Positions 27,945 to 37,314 of a stretch of 64,000 nt of DNA are shown here, in pieces. Position 1 is the stretch's first letter. Every line of letters begins with the position of its first letter. The notes beneath the pieces are model-generated. The model was not told where the DNA came from. It searched no databases and saw only the letters and a program-made list of their open reading frames with translations. The stretch is from contig CAYMGV010000001.1 of the NCBI GenBank assembly GCA_964390105.1, forward strand, positions 334,000-397,999. The letters run 5' to 3'. This DNA is from an uncultured Anaerolineae bacterium. GTDB lineage: Bacteria; Chloroflexota; Anaerolineae; Aggregatilineales; UBA3940. A program made the position numbers and the translations under genes.

Positions 27945-28949
27945 ATGACCCGCATCCGTGTTTCAGTACCCGCAACAAGCGCACCACCTGGCTCCGGCCT
28001 GGACAGCCTGGCGCTGGTGCTTGGGCTGCGCATGGCGGTTGAACTCAGCGAAACGGTTGGCGGGCTGGGCTTCGAGTTTTCAGGTGAGGGAAGTGATCGC
28101 ATCCCGCAGCACGCCAGCAACCTGGTAATACGCGGTGCTGCTGCTGTGTACCGCCTCACCGGGTATATTCCGCGTGGGCTGCACGTCCGAATCGAGAATG
28201 AAATCCCGGTCGGCTACGGGCTGGGCAGCAGTGCCGCTGCCATCCTGGGCGGAGCAGTGGCAGCAAATGTGCTGCTAGGGAAACCCCTTGATGATCACAC
28301 GATTATGCAGCTTGCAGCCCGAATCGAAGGGCGTGCCAACAGCATCACAGGGGCTATGCTGGGCGGGCTGGTTGTCAGCAGCCACTATGACGGCGACCTA
28401 TCCTATGAACGTATACCGGTCGCACCGATGAACCTCGTCATTGCACAACCGTTTGGCGCACGTATCCGGCGGCTGGACCCGGCAGCGGCCCCGAACAACG
28501 TCGATTACAGCCAGGCCACGCTGGTGATGCATGCCCTCAGCCGAGGTGACTATGACCTACTGGCCTATGCACTGGATGAACGTGTGATGAGCCAGTACTA
28601 TCTGCATGCTGTTCCAAACTTCCAGCGCATTGCGTATAACGCACGCTGCTATGGGGCATCAGCCGTAACAGTGAGCGGTAATGGGCCGGCCCTGATCGCC
28701 TTTGCACCGGCTGATCACTATGAGATCGAACAATCACTGATCCGTACACTGCGACGCACCACCGGTTATTCACCACGAACCTGGGTACTGCCGCTCAACA
28801 CCCAGGGCCTCACCTATAGTGAGATTGGTATCGATATCTTCGAACCACCCGCACATGAGGCCCTGTCGCCCGGCTGGCGCAGCTATACCAGCACATACGC
28901 CACACCCTATGGACAGTATGCGCAAAGCCAGGCTTATCCAAACTGGTAA
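27945..28949 (+). CDS. thrB: homoserine kinase (GHMP kinase family)
   Basis: VSVPATSAPPGSGLDSL matches the ThrB N-terminal pattern. The GHMP motif II reads IPVGYGLGSSAAAILGG, followed by EGRANSITGAMLGG. ATG 27945 follows AAGGGG. There is a ~40-aa Tyr/Gln-rich C-terminal extension. Confidence 0.75.
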   Translation: MTRIRVSVPATSAPPGSGLDSLALVLGLRMAVELSETVGGLGFEFSGEGSDRIPQHASNLVIRGAAAVYRLTGYIPRGLHVRIENEIPVGYGLGSSAAAILGGAVAANVLLGKPLDDHTIMQLAARIEGRANSITGAMLGGLVVSSHYDGDLSYERIPVAPMNLVIAQPFGARIRRLDPAAAPNNVDYSQATLVMHALSRGDYDLLAYALDERVMSQYYLHAVPNFQRIAYNARCYGASAVTVSGNGPALIAFAPADHYEIEQSLIRTLRRTTGYSPRTWVLPLNTQGLTYSEIGIDIFEPPAHEALSPGWRSYTSTYATPYGQYAQSQAYPNW

Positions 28950-28974
28950 TTCCAGCTCGCAACAAGTACGATCA

Positions 28975-29007
28975 GCGCCGCTTTCACCTGCGGCGCTTTT
29001 TATTTTC
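28975..29007 (+). terminator. intrinsic terminator after thrB
   Basis: AGCGCCGC, loop TTTCACCT, GCGGCGCT, followed by TTTTATTTT. Confidence 0.75.
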
Positions 29008-29029
29008 GCAGCTCATATGGATAGAACAG

Positions 29030-30025
29030 ATGACAACAGCACATGATCGAGAGAAGGTCGTATTCATCACCGGGGCAACGGGCTTTGTGGGGAGTTACAT
29101 GGCCCGTCGTATGTATCATGAAGGGTACAACGTGGTTGCATTGGAGCGAACGCCCGGCAAAGGGGATGCCCTGCGGGCAGAGGGCATCACGGTCGTGCGT
29201 GGTGACCTGCGCAATATCGAATCACTGAGACAACACTTCGAAACATACAACATCCATAGTGTCATGCACATTGGGGCGTGGCTGGCAGGTGGTAAGAAAA
29301 ATTCACATCTCGTCAACACGGTTGCCACCGAAGCACTGGCCCGAATTGCGTTAGCTCATTCCATTGAGCACTTCGTGTTTACCAGCAGCATCGCGGTGTA
29401 TGGCCTGCATGGTGATACTGATGTCGATGAAACCACGCCCATATCCCCCTACGCCGACCCCTACGGCGACAGCAAGATCAAAGCGGAGCGCATCCTGATG
29501 GCGCTGCACGATGAGGCGGGTCTACCTGTTACCATCATCAGGCCGGGCATGATCTACGGGCCAAACTCACGCGCGTGGGCCGTCCGGCTGGCTCAGTGGG
29601 CGGCAGCAGGCCTGCTGCCGATGCCTCCGCACAACAAAGGTACTGCCTACCCGGTCTACATTGACAACCTGATCGACCTGATGATGCTGACCACCAAACG
29701 CCCCGAAGCCATCGGTCAAGTCTACAATGCCGTGGATAATGGCCCGATCACCATGAATGAATTCTTCGCGGGCTATATGGCAATGACCGGCAGCAGCAGG
29801 GCGCTGCGACTGCCATGCTGGGCCTTCCAACTGGGGGCCACAGCCATGAACCCCTTTGTCCGGGATCGAAACTACTGTTATGTAACAAACCAGCTATGCG
29901 GCAGTGGGTGGATCAGCAACCAGAAGGCTAAAGACGCACTCGGCTGGCAGCCCGCCGTTGGGCTAACCGAGGGCTTGCGCCGCACCGAGGATTGGCTGCG
30001 CGACGAAGGATATCTCTCCGCATGA
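29030..30025 (+). CDS. NAD-dependent epimerase/dehydratase (extended SDR)
   Basis: Rossmann motif VFITGATGFVGSYMARR, the SS...YGDSK catalytic region (YADPYGDSK) and PGMIYGP. Confidence 0.85.
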   Translation: MTTAHDREKVVFITGATGFVGSYMARRMYHEGYNVVALERTPGKGDALRAEGITVVRGDLRNIESLRQHFETYNIHSVMHIGAWLAGGKKNSHLVNTVATEALARIALAHSIEHFVFTSSIAVYGLHGDTDVDETTPISPYADPYGDSKIKAERILMALHDEAGLPVTIIRPGMIYGPNSRAWAVRLAQWAAAGLLPMPPHNKGTAYPVYIDNLIDLMMLTTKRPEAIGQVYNAVDNGPITMNEFFAGYMAMTGSSRALRLPCWAFQLGATAMNPFVRDRNYCYVTNQLCGSGWISNQKAKDALGWQPAVGLTEGLRRTEDWLRDEGYLSA

Positions 30026-30864
30026 TGCCAACAGCCATACTGCTGCTGGTTATTGGCGTGCTGGGGCTGGCGATCCTGTACTGGCAGATCATCCTTGCCG
30101 AGGGTGCGCTGATCGGGCAATGGCTGGTGACATGGCTGTACGACATCGCCGCGCCTCGCTACGACTCCATCAAGCAGTTTGAGGGCGACATCGAAGCCCA
30201 CTACCTCGGCGGGCCGCTGGCATCAGCATTGAGCGATCAGCCTGCTCCGCTGCTGCTCGATGTGGGCAGCGGCACCGGGCGGCTGCCGGATACGCTGCTC
30301 AACCAGCCCACTTTCCAGGGAAAAATCATCTGTGTAGATGCCTCCCGCCCGATGCTGGTTCGTGGTGCACGCAAGCTGAGCAAGTTCAGCCCGGCACGGG
30401 TTGGTTTTATCCTGCGTGATGCGATCCACCTGCCTTTTGCAGATGAGACTTTTGATACCGTTACCTGCCTCGAGATGCTGGAATTCACCCCAGCCCCGGC
30501 GCAGCAGATCGCCGAACTGCTGCGGACGCTAAGGCCGGGCGGGCTGCTTGTGATCACACGCAGGCGGGCCGTTTCCCCGATGCTGATGCCCGGCAAAATT
30601 CACGACGAGCAGGGCTTCGCCAATCTGCTGTACCGGGCAGGTTGCGAACGGGTTGAAGTGCAGCCGTGGCAGGTTGATTATGATTTGTTCTGGGCATGGA
30701 AACCGGGCATGAAGGTGAGCGGCAGCCGCCCCATGCTCGAAGTGCTGCGCTGCCCGGCCTGCGCTACCACCGGGTTCTGGGAAGACCAGAATCACGCTAT
30801 ACTATGCGCTACCTGCGGCGCGCAATACGAGCGACGCGATGATGTTATCAATATGCGCGACTGA
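30022..30864 (+). CDS. membrane-anchored class I SAM methyltransferase with C-terminal zinc-ribbon
   Basis: ATG 30022 overlaps the previous stop (ATGA). It has an N-terminal TM helix, motif I LLDVGSGTGRL, LRPGGLLVI, and a C-terminal CPAC...CATC ribbon (Trm112-like). Confidence 0.7.
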   Translation: MMPTAILLLVIGVLGLAILYWQIILAEGALIGQWLVTWLYDIAAPRYDSIKQFEGDIEAHYLGGPLASALSDQPAPLLLDVGSGTGRLPDTLLNQPTFQGKIICVDASRPMLVRGARKLSKFSPARVGFILRDAIHLPFADETFDTVTCLEMLEFTPAPAQQIAELLRTLRPGGLLVITRRRAVSPMLMPGKIHDEQGFANLLYRAGCERVEVQPWQVDYDLFWAWKPGMKVSGSRPMLEVLRCPACATTGFWEDQNHAILCATCGAQYERRDDVINMRD

Positions 30865-30892
30865 GCGCATACCACAGGCAGGCCATTCAACC

Positions 30893-31678
30893 ATGAAACT
30901 CTGTCAGTATCGACAAGCTGGAAGCACCCCCGCATGGGGCATCATTGAGGGCGATTCGGTCTATGCAATAACCACGCTGCCGGGCAGAATCCTCCCCACA
31001 CCAGAAGCCCTCAGACGCGGTGAAGTCATCGGGGCACTTACGGATGTGCCCCTGAGCGCCCCCTTGCGACCGGGTAAGATCATCTGCGTGGGACGTAACT
31101 ACGCCGCCCATGCCGCTGAGCGCGGCGAGGAAGTGCCCTCTGAGCCGCTGCTGTTTTTCAAACCACCCAGCGCCGTGATCGGGCCCGGCGCGGCGATCCA
31201 ACTGCTGCCCGAGATGGGCCGCGTAGAGCATGAGGCAGAACTGGTCGTGATCATTGGGCGCGAAGGCCGTTTCATTACTGAAGCCGCTGCGATGGACTAT
31301 GTCTATGGCTATACCTGCGCCAATGATGTCAGCGAGCGCGATTACCAGGCTTCTGATGATCAGTGGGCGCGGGCCAAGGGCTTCGATACGTTCTGCCCGG
31401 TTGGCCCATGGATAGTGACCGATTTTGATCCGCTTGGTGTATCCGTGATGTGCCATGTCAACGGAGTTGAGAAGCAGCACGGTCATACGGGTCTCATGAT
31501 ATACTCCATTCCGTTTCTGATCAGCTTTACCTCACGCATCATGACACTCAATCCGGGGGATATCATCCTGACCGGCACACCTGCAGGAGTCAGCCGATTG
31601 ACAGCCGGTGACACCGTCGAAGTGACCGTGGAAGGCATCGGAACACTGCGTAACCCGGTCACATTGCTGGAAGCATAG
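30893..31678 (+). CDS. fumarylacetoacetate hydrolase (FAH) family protein
   Basis: KIICVGRNYAAHAAE, EAELVVIIG and the GDIILTGTPAGV motifs are present. ATG 30893. The ORF-track start at 30839 overlaps the previous gene. Confidence 0.85.
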   Translation: MKLCQYRQAGSTPAWGIIEGDSVYAITTLPGRILPTPEALRRGEVIGALTDVPLSAPLRPGKIICVGRNYAAHAAERGEEVPSEPLLFFKPPSAVIGPGAAIQLLPEMGRVEHEAELVVIIGREGRFITEAAAMDYVYGYTCANDVSERDYQASDDQWARAKGFDTFCPVGPWIVTDFDPLGVSVMCHVNGVEKQHGHTGLMIYSIPFLISFTSRIMTLNPGDIILTGTPAGVSRLTAGDTVEVTVEGIGTLRNPVTLLEA

Positions 31679-31709
31679 GCCCGCTGACACAACGAACCAG
31701 GAGGCATTG

Positions 31710-33446
31710 GTGATTCGCATTTCGACCGACCTAGCAATACAGATTCAACGCGCAATCGAGGCGGCCCAGGCAGCGTCAGACCTGCCAGAGTTTGACATCC
31801 CTGCCTTACCCGTCACACGTGCCAAGAACCCGGAACACGGCGATTACGCCACCCCGGCTGCCATGCAGTTAGCGAGACTGGCTCGCATGAAGCCGGATGC
31901 CATCGCGGAGATTATTGTGAATCATTTTCCGACGGATGTGAGTTACATCGGCGAGGTGGAACGCGCAGGCAGTTTTATCAACTTCCGGCTGAGTGATGGC
32001 TGGCTTCAGAAGCAGGTCGAAGTCATCCTGGCGGAAGGTGCGACCTTTGGCAGCTCTGATGCCTATGCCGGGAAACGCGCGCAGGTCGAGTGTGTGAGCG
32101 CCAATCCCACCGGTCCGATCACGGTGGGACGTATCCGCGGCGGCGTGATCGGTGATACGCTGGGCCGCATGCTAACGACATTGGGCTACGACGTCGAGAT
32201 GGAATACTACTTCAATAACGCGGGGCGGCAGATGCGCAAGCTGGGCGAGAGCCTCAGGGCGCGCTACATGGCGGCCATCACGGGGGAGGAAGCGGACCTA
32301 CCCGAAGGGGGCTACCAGGGCGAGTATCTTATAGATATGGCGCAGGCCCTGCACGCGAAGGATGGCGACAGACACAGCGATCAATCGTGGGAGTTCTTCA
32401 AGGACTACGCAGAGGCGGCCATCTTTGAGATGATCAAGGTATCGCTCAAGCGGGTCGGCATCCGCTTTGATACGTTCTTCAATGAAAATTCGCTCTACGA
32501 GGATGGCTCGGTGTGGACTACGCTGGATCGCCTCAAGGAAGCCGGGTTGGTCTATCAAGGCATGCAGGCGGAACGTGATGATGACCACGGCAAATCCGCC
32601 GAAGATGACACTGAGCCGAGTGCTGACAAAGTGAACCACGCCACATGGATACGGATGCGCCAACTGCGCGATGTATCCATCGACAAGGCGCTGGTAAAAG
32701 CGAGCGGTGAGCCTACCTACCGCCTGCCGGATACCGCCTATCACATCAACAAACTTGAACGCGGGTTCGACGTAGTCATCAACGTGCTGGGCAGTGACCA
32801 CATCGAGGAGGCAAAGGACGTCGCGGCAATGGTGGCCGCACTGGGTTATGACGCAGCCAGGATCAACGTGATCCTGCACCAGTTCGTGACGCTGGTTGAA
32901 AACGATGTGGTCAAGCGGATGAGTACCCGGCGCGGAGATTTCGTGACGCTGGACGAGCTTGTCGATGATGTCGGACCGGACGCGGTTCGTTACTTCATCC
33001 TCGCGCGCTCTCCTAACAGCGAGATCACCTTCGACCTTGACCTGGCTCGCAAGCAGTCCAACGAGAACCCGGTGTACTACATTCAGAACGCATATGTGCG
33101 TTGTGCCAGTATGGCACGAGTGGCCGAAGAACGCGGCATCGATGGGACCGAGGGTCATGTGGCTCTGCTGACGGACTCCGCAGAACTGGCATTGATTCGC
33201 AGGCTGATCGAACTGCCGGAAATCATCGATACCTGTGTAGACACCAGTGAGCCGCATCGGCTGGCATTCTGGGCGCATGAGGAATTAGCCCGCACCTTCC
33301 ACCCGATCTATGATGAGATTCGTGCTTTGCACAGCGACGTTCCCGCAGACCGCGCTAAAGCACGGCTTAAGCTCTATGCGGCGGCGCGGGTGGTCATCTA
33401 TCGGACCCTGAGCCTGTTGGGGATGACGGCACCGGAACAGATGTAA
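31710..33446 (+). CDS. argS: arginine--tRNA ligase
   Basis: Class I aaRS with SANPTGPITVGRIRG (the HIGH-region equivalent) and a MSTRRG KMSKS-like loop. It also has the DALR anticodon-binding C-terminus. GTG 31710 lies 6 nt after AGGAGG (TTG 31707 is also possible). Confidence 0.9.
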   Translation: MIRISTDLAIQIQRAIEAAQAASDLPEFDIPALPVTRAKNPEHGDYATPAAMQLARLARMKPDAIAEIIVNHFPTDVSYIGEVERAGSFINFRLSDGWLQKQVEVILAEGATFGSSDAYAGKRAQVECVSANPTGPITVGRIRGGVIGDTLGRMLTTLGYDVEMEYYFNNAGRQMRKLGESLRARYMAAITGEEADLPEGGYQGEYLIDMAQALHAKDGDRHSDQSWEFFKDYAEAAIFEMIKVSLKRVGIRFDTFFNENSLYEDGSVWTTLDRLKEAGLVYQGMQAERDDDHGKSAEDDTEPSADKVNHATWIRMRQLRDVSIDKALVKASGEPTYRLPDTAYHINKLERGFDVVINVLGSDHIEEAKDVAAMVAALGYDAARINVILHQFVTLVENDVVKRMSTRRGDFVTLDELVDDVGPDAVRYFILARSPNSEITFDLDLARKQSNENPVYYIQNAYVRCASMARVAEERGIDGTEGHVALLTDSAELALIRRLIELPEIIDTCVDTSEPHRLAFWAHEELARTFHPIYDEIRALHSDVPADRAKARLKLYAAARVVIYRTLSLLGMTAPEQM

Positions 33447-33487
33447 CTCTATCGAGACACTCGTAAGACACATTGGGGGGAGATGAC

Positions 33488-34042
33488 ATGGGGTTGAAGG
33501 CTGATAACTGGATCAAGAAGATGGCACTTGAACACGGCATGATCGAGCCGTTTGTTGAAAACCAGGTGCGCAACAACGTGATCTCATTCGGGGTGTCCTC
33601 ATACGGATACGACATACGCGTTGGCAACGAGTTCAAGGTGTTTACCAATGTCCACTCAAAGGTGGTGGACCCCAAGAACTTCAACCCGGAAGCCTATGTG
33701 GATATCAAGGGAGATGAGTGCATCATCCCTCCTAACTCATTTGTGCTGGCGCATTCCGTCGAGCGGATTCAGATGCCGCGCAACGTCACAGCGCTGGTGC
33801 TGTGCAAATCGACCTACATTCGTGCGGGTGTGCTGATCCCCACCACCGTCCTTGAAGCAGGCTGGACAGGGATCATTACGCTGGAAATCTCCAACGTCAC
33901 GCCACTTCCTGCTCGCGTTTACGCCAACGAGGGTATCGCGCAAATCCTGTTCTTCGAGGGTGACGAACCCTGCGATGTGAGCTATGCTGACCGCAAAGGC
34001 AAATACCAGGATCAGGAAGGTGTGGTATTGCCACGCATCTAG
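33488..34042 (+). CDS. dcd: dCTP deaminase
   Basis: The MGLKADNWI start, SYGYDIRV, and the STYIRAGV...EAGWTG...LEISN motifs are present. ATG 33488 follows a GGGGGGAG run. Confidence 0.9.
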   Translation: MGLKADNWIKKMALEHGMIEPFVENQVRNNVISFGVSSYGYDIRVGNEFKVFTNVHSKVVDPKNFNPEAYVDIKGDECIIPPNSFVLAHSVERIQMPRNVTALVLCKSTYIRAGVLIPTTVLEAGWTGIITLEISNVTPLPARVYANEGIAQILFFEGDEPCDVSYADRKGKYQDQEGVVLPRI

Positions 34043-34109
34043 CAGATTCACTGCGCAATGCGCAATGTGGCAGGTCGCCCATAGAGACGATAAAATACGA
34101 TTTTGCGAG

Positions 34110-34183
34110 GGGCGGTTAGCTCAGTTGGTTAGAGCGCTTCTCTTACAAAGAAGAGGTCACAAGTTCGAGTCTTGTACCGCCCA
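34110..34183 (+). tRNA. tRNA-Val (anticodon UAC)
   Basis: Hand-folded 74-nt cloverleaf. Acceptor GGGCGGT/ACCGCCC, D arm GCTC-AGTTGGTTA-GAGC, anticodon arm CTTCT-CTTACAA-AGAAG. Variable loop AGGTC, T arm ACAAG-TTCGAGT-CTTGT, discriminator A. CCA is not encoded. Confidence 0.9.
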
Positions 34184-34189
34184 CACAAC

Positions 34190-34220
34190 GAGGCCGCACA
34201 TTGTGCGGCCTCGTCTGTTT
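34190..34220 (+). terminator. hairpin terminator after tRNA-Val
   Basis: GAGGCCGCAC, loop ATT, GTGCGGCCTC (10-bp stem), followed by GTCTGTTT. Confidence 0.6.
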
Positions 34221-34233
34221 AACCCGGTGACGC

Positions 34234-35691
34234 CTAATTGAGCGCGCGTTCAACCTCATCAGGGATAACCGTACCCAACCACGTTTCAGGCGTATAGCCC
34301 CATGACGCGCTCATCACGTAACTGTACAATGCGGCAAGGTTGGGTTTGCACTGTTTTTTAGCTTCGCTGTAAAACTGCGCATACTGCCGTCCCTTGATAT
34401 CTTTCCCAATATCGTGGGCGCTGTTGCTGAATTCACTCACGTGAATTTCCTTGTCGGGAAACATCTCGCAGTAATCGTTGATTTCACGCAGCGAGCGGGT
34501 ATAGCCATCTTGTTGCCAATAGGTATGCAGGCAAATGAAATCGCATTGGTCTGCCGCGAATTTTCCTTCCTCAAGGAAATTACCGGAATCGTAGCGCAGT
34601 TTGGCTCCCGTCGCGGTATTGACTTCGTCAAAGCCCGGTGAGAGACCCGGCCAGCCAAACATCGCCCCCGGGAAATCGGGGCGCAGTTTGGAGATCACCT
34701 CCAGCAGAAACTCGCCGAATTGGGCCCCATTATCCCACATCACCCACATCCCTTCCGGGCCATTTTTATGGTGCAGGTTAGGCTCGTTGTGGACCTCAAA
34801 CCGGCGAACACCGGCATCATACAGCCGATGCATGGCTGGCTTAACCTCGTTGATGAAGCTATCAACCGTTCGGCGCGATTCAAACTTACCAAACAGGCGG
34901 GCAAGGATCATCTTGACGCCCAGTGCATGCAGATTGTTAACGATTTCGGCATCGATATCACCCCAGCTTAACACCTTCACTGCCTGCATCTGGGTCTTCT
35001 TGATCAGCTTATAGGCATCATCATTCCAGGGCCATTTGCCAGGATCGGCAGGGCCATGAATGCCACGCAAGGCATGACCGTATTCTGGTTCAAGATAGGC
35101 CGGCCATTTCTCAAGATACCAGCCCGCCGTCCAGCCGGTCCGGCCATCGGGCAATGCAATTGGCAGCCATTCACCTTGCTTGCCGATCAGGGCGCTGTAC
35201 CTCGCGGTATCCCCCATCAGGCTGCATTTGTGAACCGGCAGGATCAATGCAACATCCTTGTAGGATCGATCAGGGCCAGTGCGGACATACAGGCCATCTG
35301 ATTCGGTTGTACGTACCCACACAGCCTCCCCCTCGACCGGGGGCACCGCAACGACATCAGGTGCGACAGGTTCCTCATCCGGGTCTGGCTCGATGGGGTC
35401 AGGAAGTGTTGGCGCGGGAGAGCGCGGCGGATCGGGTGTTTCCCCGGCAGCAGCTCCCCATGCCATACGAACCTTCCAGGCTGGTACGTAACCTGTCTTC
35501 TCGCCAGTCAACCGCACATTGAACCATTCACCCTCCTGGCTAAGTTTGCCCGACACCTCCTCTGGTTCGCCCAGCACGTCCATCAGATCGCCGATGACAA
35601 CGGTGCCAACAACCGGGCTGGTGAAGGCGGGACTCTCATGAACGGTTGTACCAGAGGGTTCAATCGTCATGACGGTAAATGAACTGCTCAT
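34234..35691 (-). CDS. SH3b-domain / clan GH-A glycoside hydrolase-like protein
   Basis: Two SH3b-like segments (GYVPAWKV; GRTGWTAGWYL) are split by a Pro-rich linker. A TIM-barrel-like part follows, with FEVHNEPN and IHVSEFS at the acid/base and nucleophile positions. No signal peptide is evident. Confidence 0.5.
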   Translation of the reverse strand: MSSSFTVMTIEPSGTTVHESPAFTSPVVGTVVIGDLMDVLGEPEEVSGKLSQEGEWFNVRLTGEKTGYVPAWKVRMAWGAAAGETPDPPRSPAPTLPDPIEPDPDEEPVAPDVVAVPPVEGEAVWVRTTESDGLYVRTGPDRSYKDVALILPVHKCSLMGDTARYSALIGKQGEWLPIALPDGRTGWTAGWYLEKWPAYLEPEYGHALRGIHGPADPGKWPWNDDAYKLIKKTQMQAVKVLSWGDIDAEIVNNLHALGVKMILARLFGKFESRRTVDSFINEVKPAMHRLYDAGVRRFEVHNEPNLHHKNGPEGMWVMWDNGAQFGEFLLEVISKLRPDFPGAMFGWPGLSPGFDEVNTATGAKLRYDSGNFLEEGKFAADQCDFICLHTYWQQDGYTRSLREINDYCEMFPDKEIHVSEFSNSAHDIGKDIKGRQYAQFYSEAKKQCKPNLAALYSYVMSASWGYTPETWLGTVIPDEVERALN

Positions 35692-35763
35692 GCTGCACTC
35701 CTTTAAGGTTGTGGGCCTTATGATGGCTCGCGGGGTTACCCACAGTATACAGAAATGGCGGCA

Positions 35764-35797
35764 AACGAAAAACCCCGCATCCCAGGGATGCGGGGTT
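35764..35797 (-). terminator. intrinsic terminator of the gcv operon
   Basis: Minus strand: CCCCGCATCC, loop CTG, GGATGCGGGG, followed by TTTTTCGTTT. It lies 27 nt after the gcvPB stop. Confidence 0.8.
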
Positions 35798-35823
35798 TCC
35801 GGCCAATTGGATTTGGGCAGTGG

Positions 35824-37314
35824 CTAGTCGCCTGCTGGCTCCAGGATCGGACGGCAGCACAGTACCAACTGACGGGCCGCACGCACTTCGTCAAGCCGCC
35901 CCACTGGCGTCGAGTGCGGTGCCTCATGCAGCAGGTCCGGTGAGGTCTTTGCTTCCTCAGCGATGGCAATCATCGCATCTGAAAACGCATCGAGCGTTTC
36001 CTTGCTCTCCGTCTCGGTTGGCTCGATCATCAGCGCCCCGTGAACATTGATCGTGGTCCCGTGGGACTTGCCCAGCGGAAAATAATTCGTAGGCGGATGA
36101 AACCCGTAATCCATCAAACGCTTGGAGACATCCAGCGCGCTGATGTGCAGGTCATCAAGGTCGCCCTCAAGGATAAACTCGTGCATACAGGTGCGGTCAC
36201 CGTAGGGGATCAGCCAGTGATCACGAAGACGAGCCACCAGGTAGTTGGCATTCAGCACCGCTCGCTCACTGACCTCACGCAGGCCATCAGCACCGTTGAC
36301 CAGCATGTAGGCATAAGCCCGGATGATCATGCCAAAATTGCCGTGGAACGATTTCACACGCCCGATGGTATGTTCCGGCTCTGCGAAACCGTACAGAGGC
36401 TGACCGTCCTTCTCACCAACGACATCGACCAGCGGTGTGGGCAGGAAGGGCAGCAGGCGCTCCGAGACCCCCACTGGGCCAGACCCGGGGCCCCCTCCCC
36501 CGTGTGGGGTACTAAAGGTTTTATGGAGATTGTAGTGCATCACATCGAAGCCAAGATCGCCGGGGCGCACGATGCCGAGGATAGCGTTGAAGTTGGCCCC
36601 ATCGCCGTAGACCAGTCCACCACAGGCATGGACGGTCTCAATCACTTCGAGGATATGCTCCTCGAACAACCCAACGGTGTTGGGATTAGTGATCATGAGA
36701 CCGACAACGGTGTCATCACAGGCGGCTTTCAACGCGTCAAGGTCCACGTTGCCACGATCATCACTGGGGAGCTGCACCACATCAAGCCCTGCCATAGACG
36801 TGCTGGCCGGGTTGGTGCCATGTGCTGAATCGGGGATTAGCATCCGTGTACGCCTGGTATCGCCCCGCAGCAAATGATAAGCCCTCATGATCAGAATACC
36901 AGTGAACTCGCCGTGAGCACCGGCAGCAGGTTGCAGGGTTACCCCGGCAAATCCCGCGATCTCTGCCAGCCAGCGCTGCATCTCGTACATCACTGCCAGC
37001 GTGCCCTGTGCCGTCTCAGGGGCCTGATGGGGATGCACCCCACCGAAACCGGGCAGACGCGCCATCTGCTCATTGAGCCGGGGGTTGTATTTCATTGTGC
37101 AACTGCCCAACGGATACATACCACAGTCGATCGAATAGTTCAGGTGTGAGAGGTTGGTATAGTGGCGGACCACATCGATCTCGCTGACCTCTGGCAGATC
37201 GAGATCATCACGCATCAGGTCAGCAGGCAGATCAGCCAGCGGCACATCCGGCTCCGGCAGGCTGACACCCACGCGGCCTGGCGCGCCCTTGTCATAAATC
37301 AGTGATTCGCTCAT
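35824..37314 (-). CDS. gcvPB: glycine dehydrogenase (aminomethyl-transferring) subunit 2
   Basis: PLP site NLHKTFSTPHGGGGPG, SAHGTNPAS, and family-typical length. Confidence 0.92.
   Translation of the reverse strand: MSESLIYDKGAPGRVGVSLPEPDVPLADLPADLMRDDLDLPEVSEIDVVRHYTNLSHLNYSIDCGMYPLGSCTMKYNPRLNEQMARLPGFGGVHPHQAPETAQGTLAVMYEMQRWLAEIAGFAGVTLQPAAGAHGEFTGILIMRAYHLLRGDTRRTRMLIPDSAHGTNPASTSMAGLDVVQLPSDDRGNVDLDALKAACDDTVVGLMITNPNTVGLFEEHILEVIETVHACGGLVYGDGANFNAILGIVRPGDLGFDVMHYNLHKTFSTPHGGGGPGSGPVGVSERLLPFLPTPLVDVVGEKDGQPLYGFAEPEHTIGRVKSFHGNFGMIIRAYAYMLVNGADGLREVSERAVLNANYLVARLRDHWLIPYGDRTCMHEFILEGDLDDLHISALDVSKRLMDYGFHPPTNYFPLGKSHGTTINVHGALMIEPTETESKETLDAFSDAMIAIAEEAKTSPDLLHEAPHSTPVGRLDEVRAARQLVLCCRPILEPAGD

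Noticed and set aside
32298-33278. Long antisense ORFs opposite well-supported genes. This 326-aa ORF lies opposite argS. Similar cases are 36040-36828 and 38163-38906 opposite gcvPB/PA, 51876-52556 opposite the ABC1 kinase, 9276-9947 opposite ybdK, 21025-21696 opposite the C39-like gene, and 10529-10963 opposite the DM13 gene.
   Set aside because: Each lies entirely within a gene that has strong family motifs on the other strand. Their translations are Arg/His/Gln/Ser-rich low-complexity sequence with no motifs or RBS. Open antisense frames of this kind are expected in GC-rich coding DNA.
34043-35823. Prophage or genomic island inserted at tRNA-Val.
   Set aside because: No integrase, recombinase, holin or other phage genes were seen. 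I noticed no direct repeat of the tRNA 3' end. The flanking genes (dcd, gcv operon) are core metabolism. Only the single SH3b/GH gene is suggestive, and it is reported as a low-interest finding.
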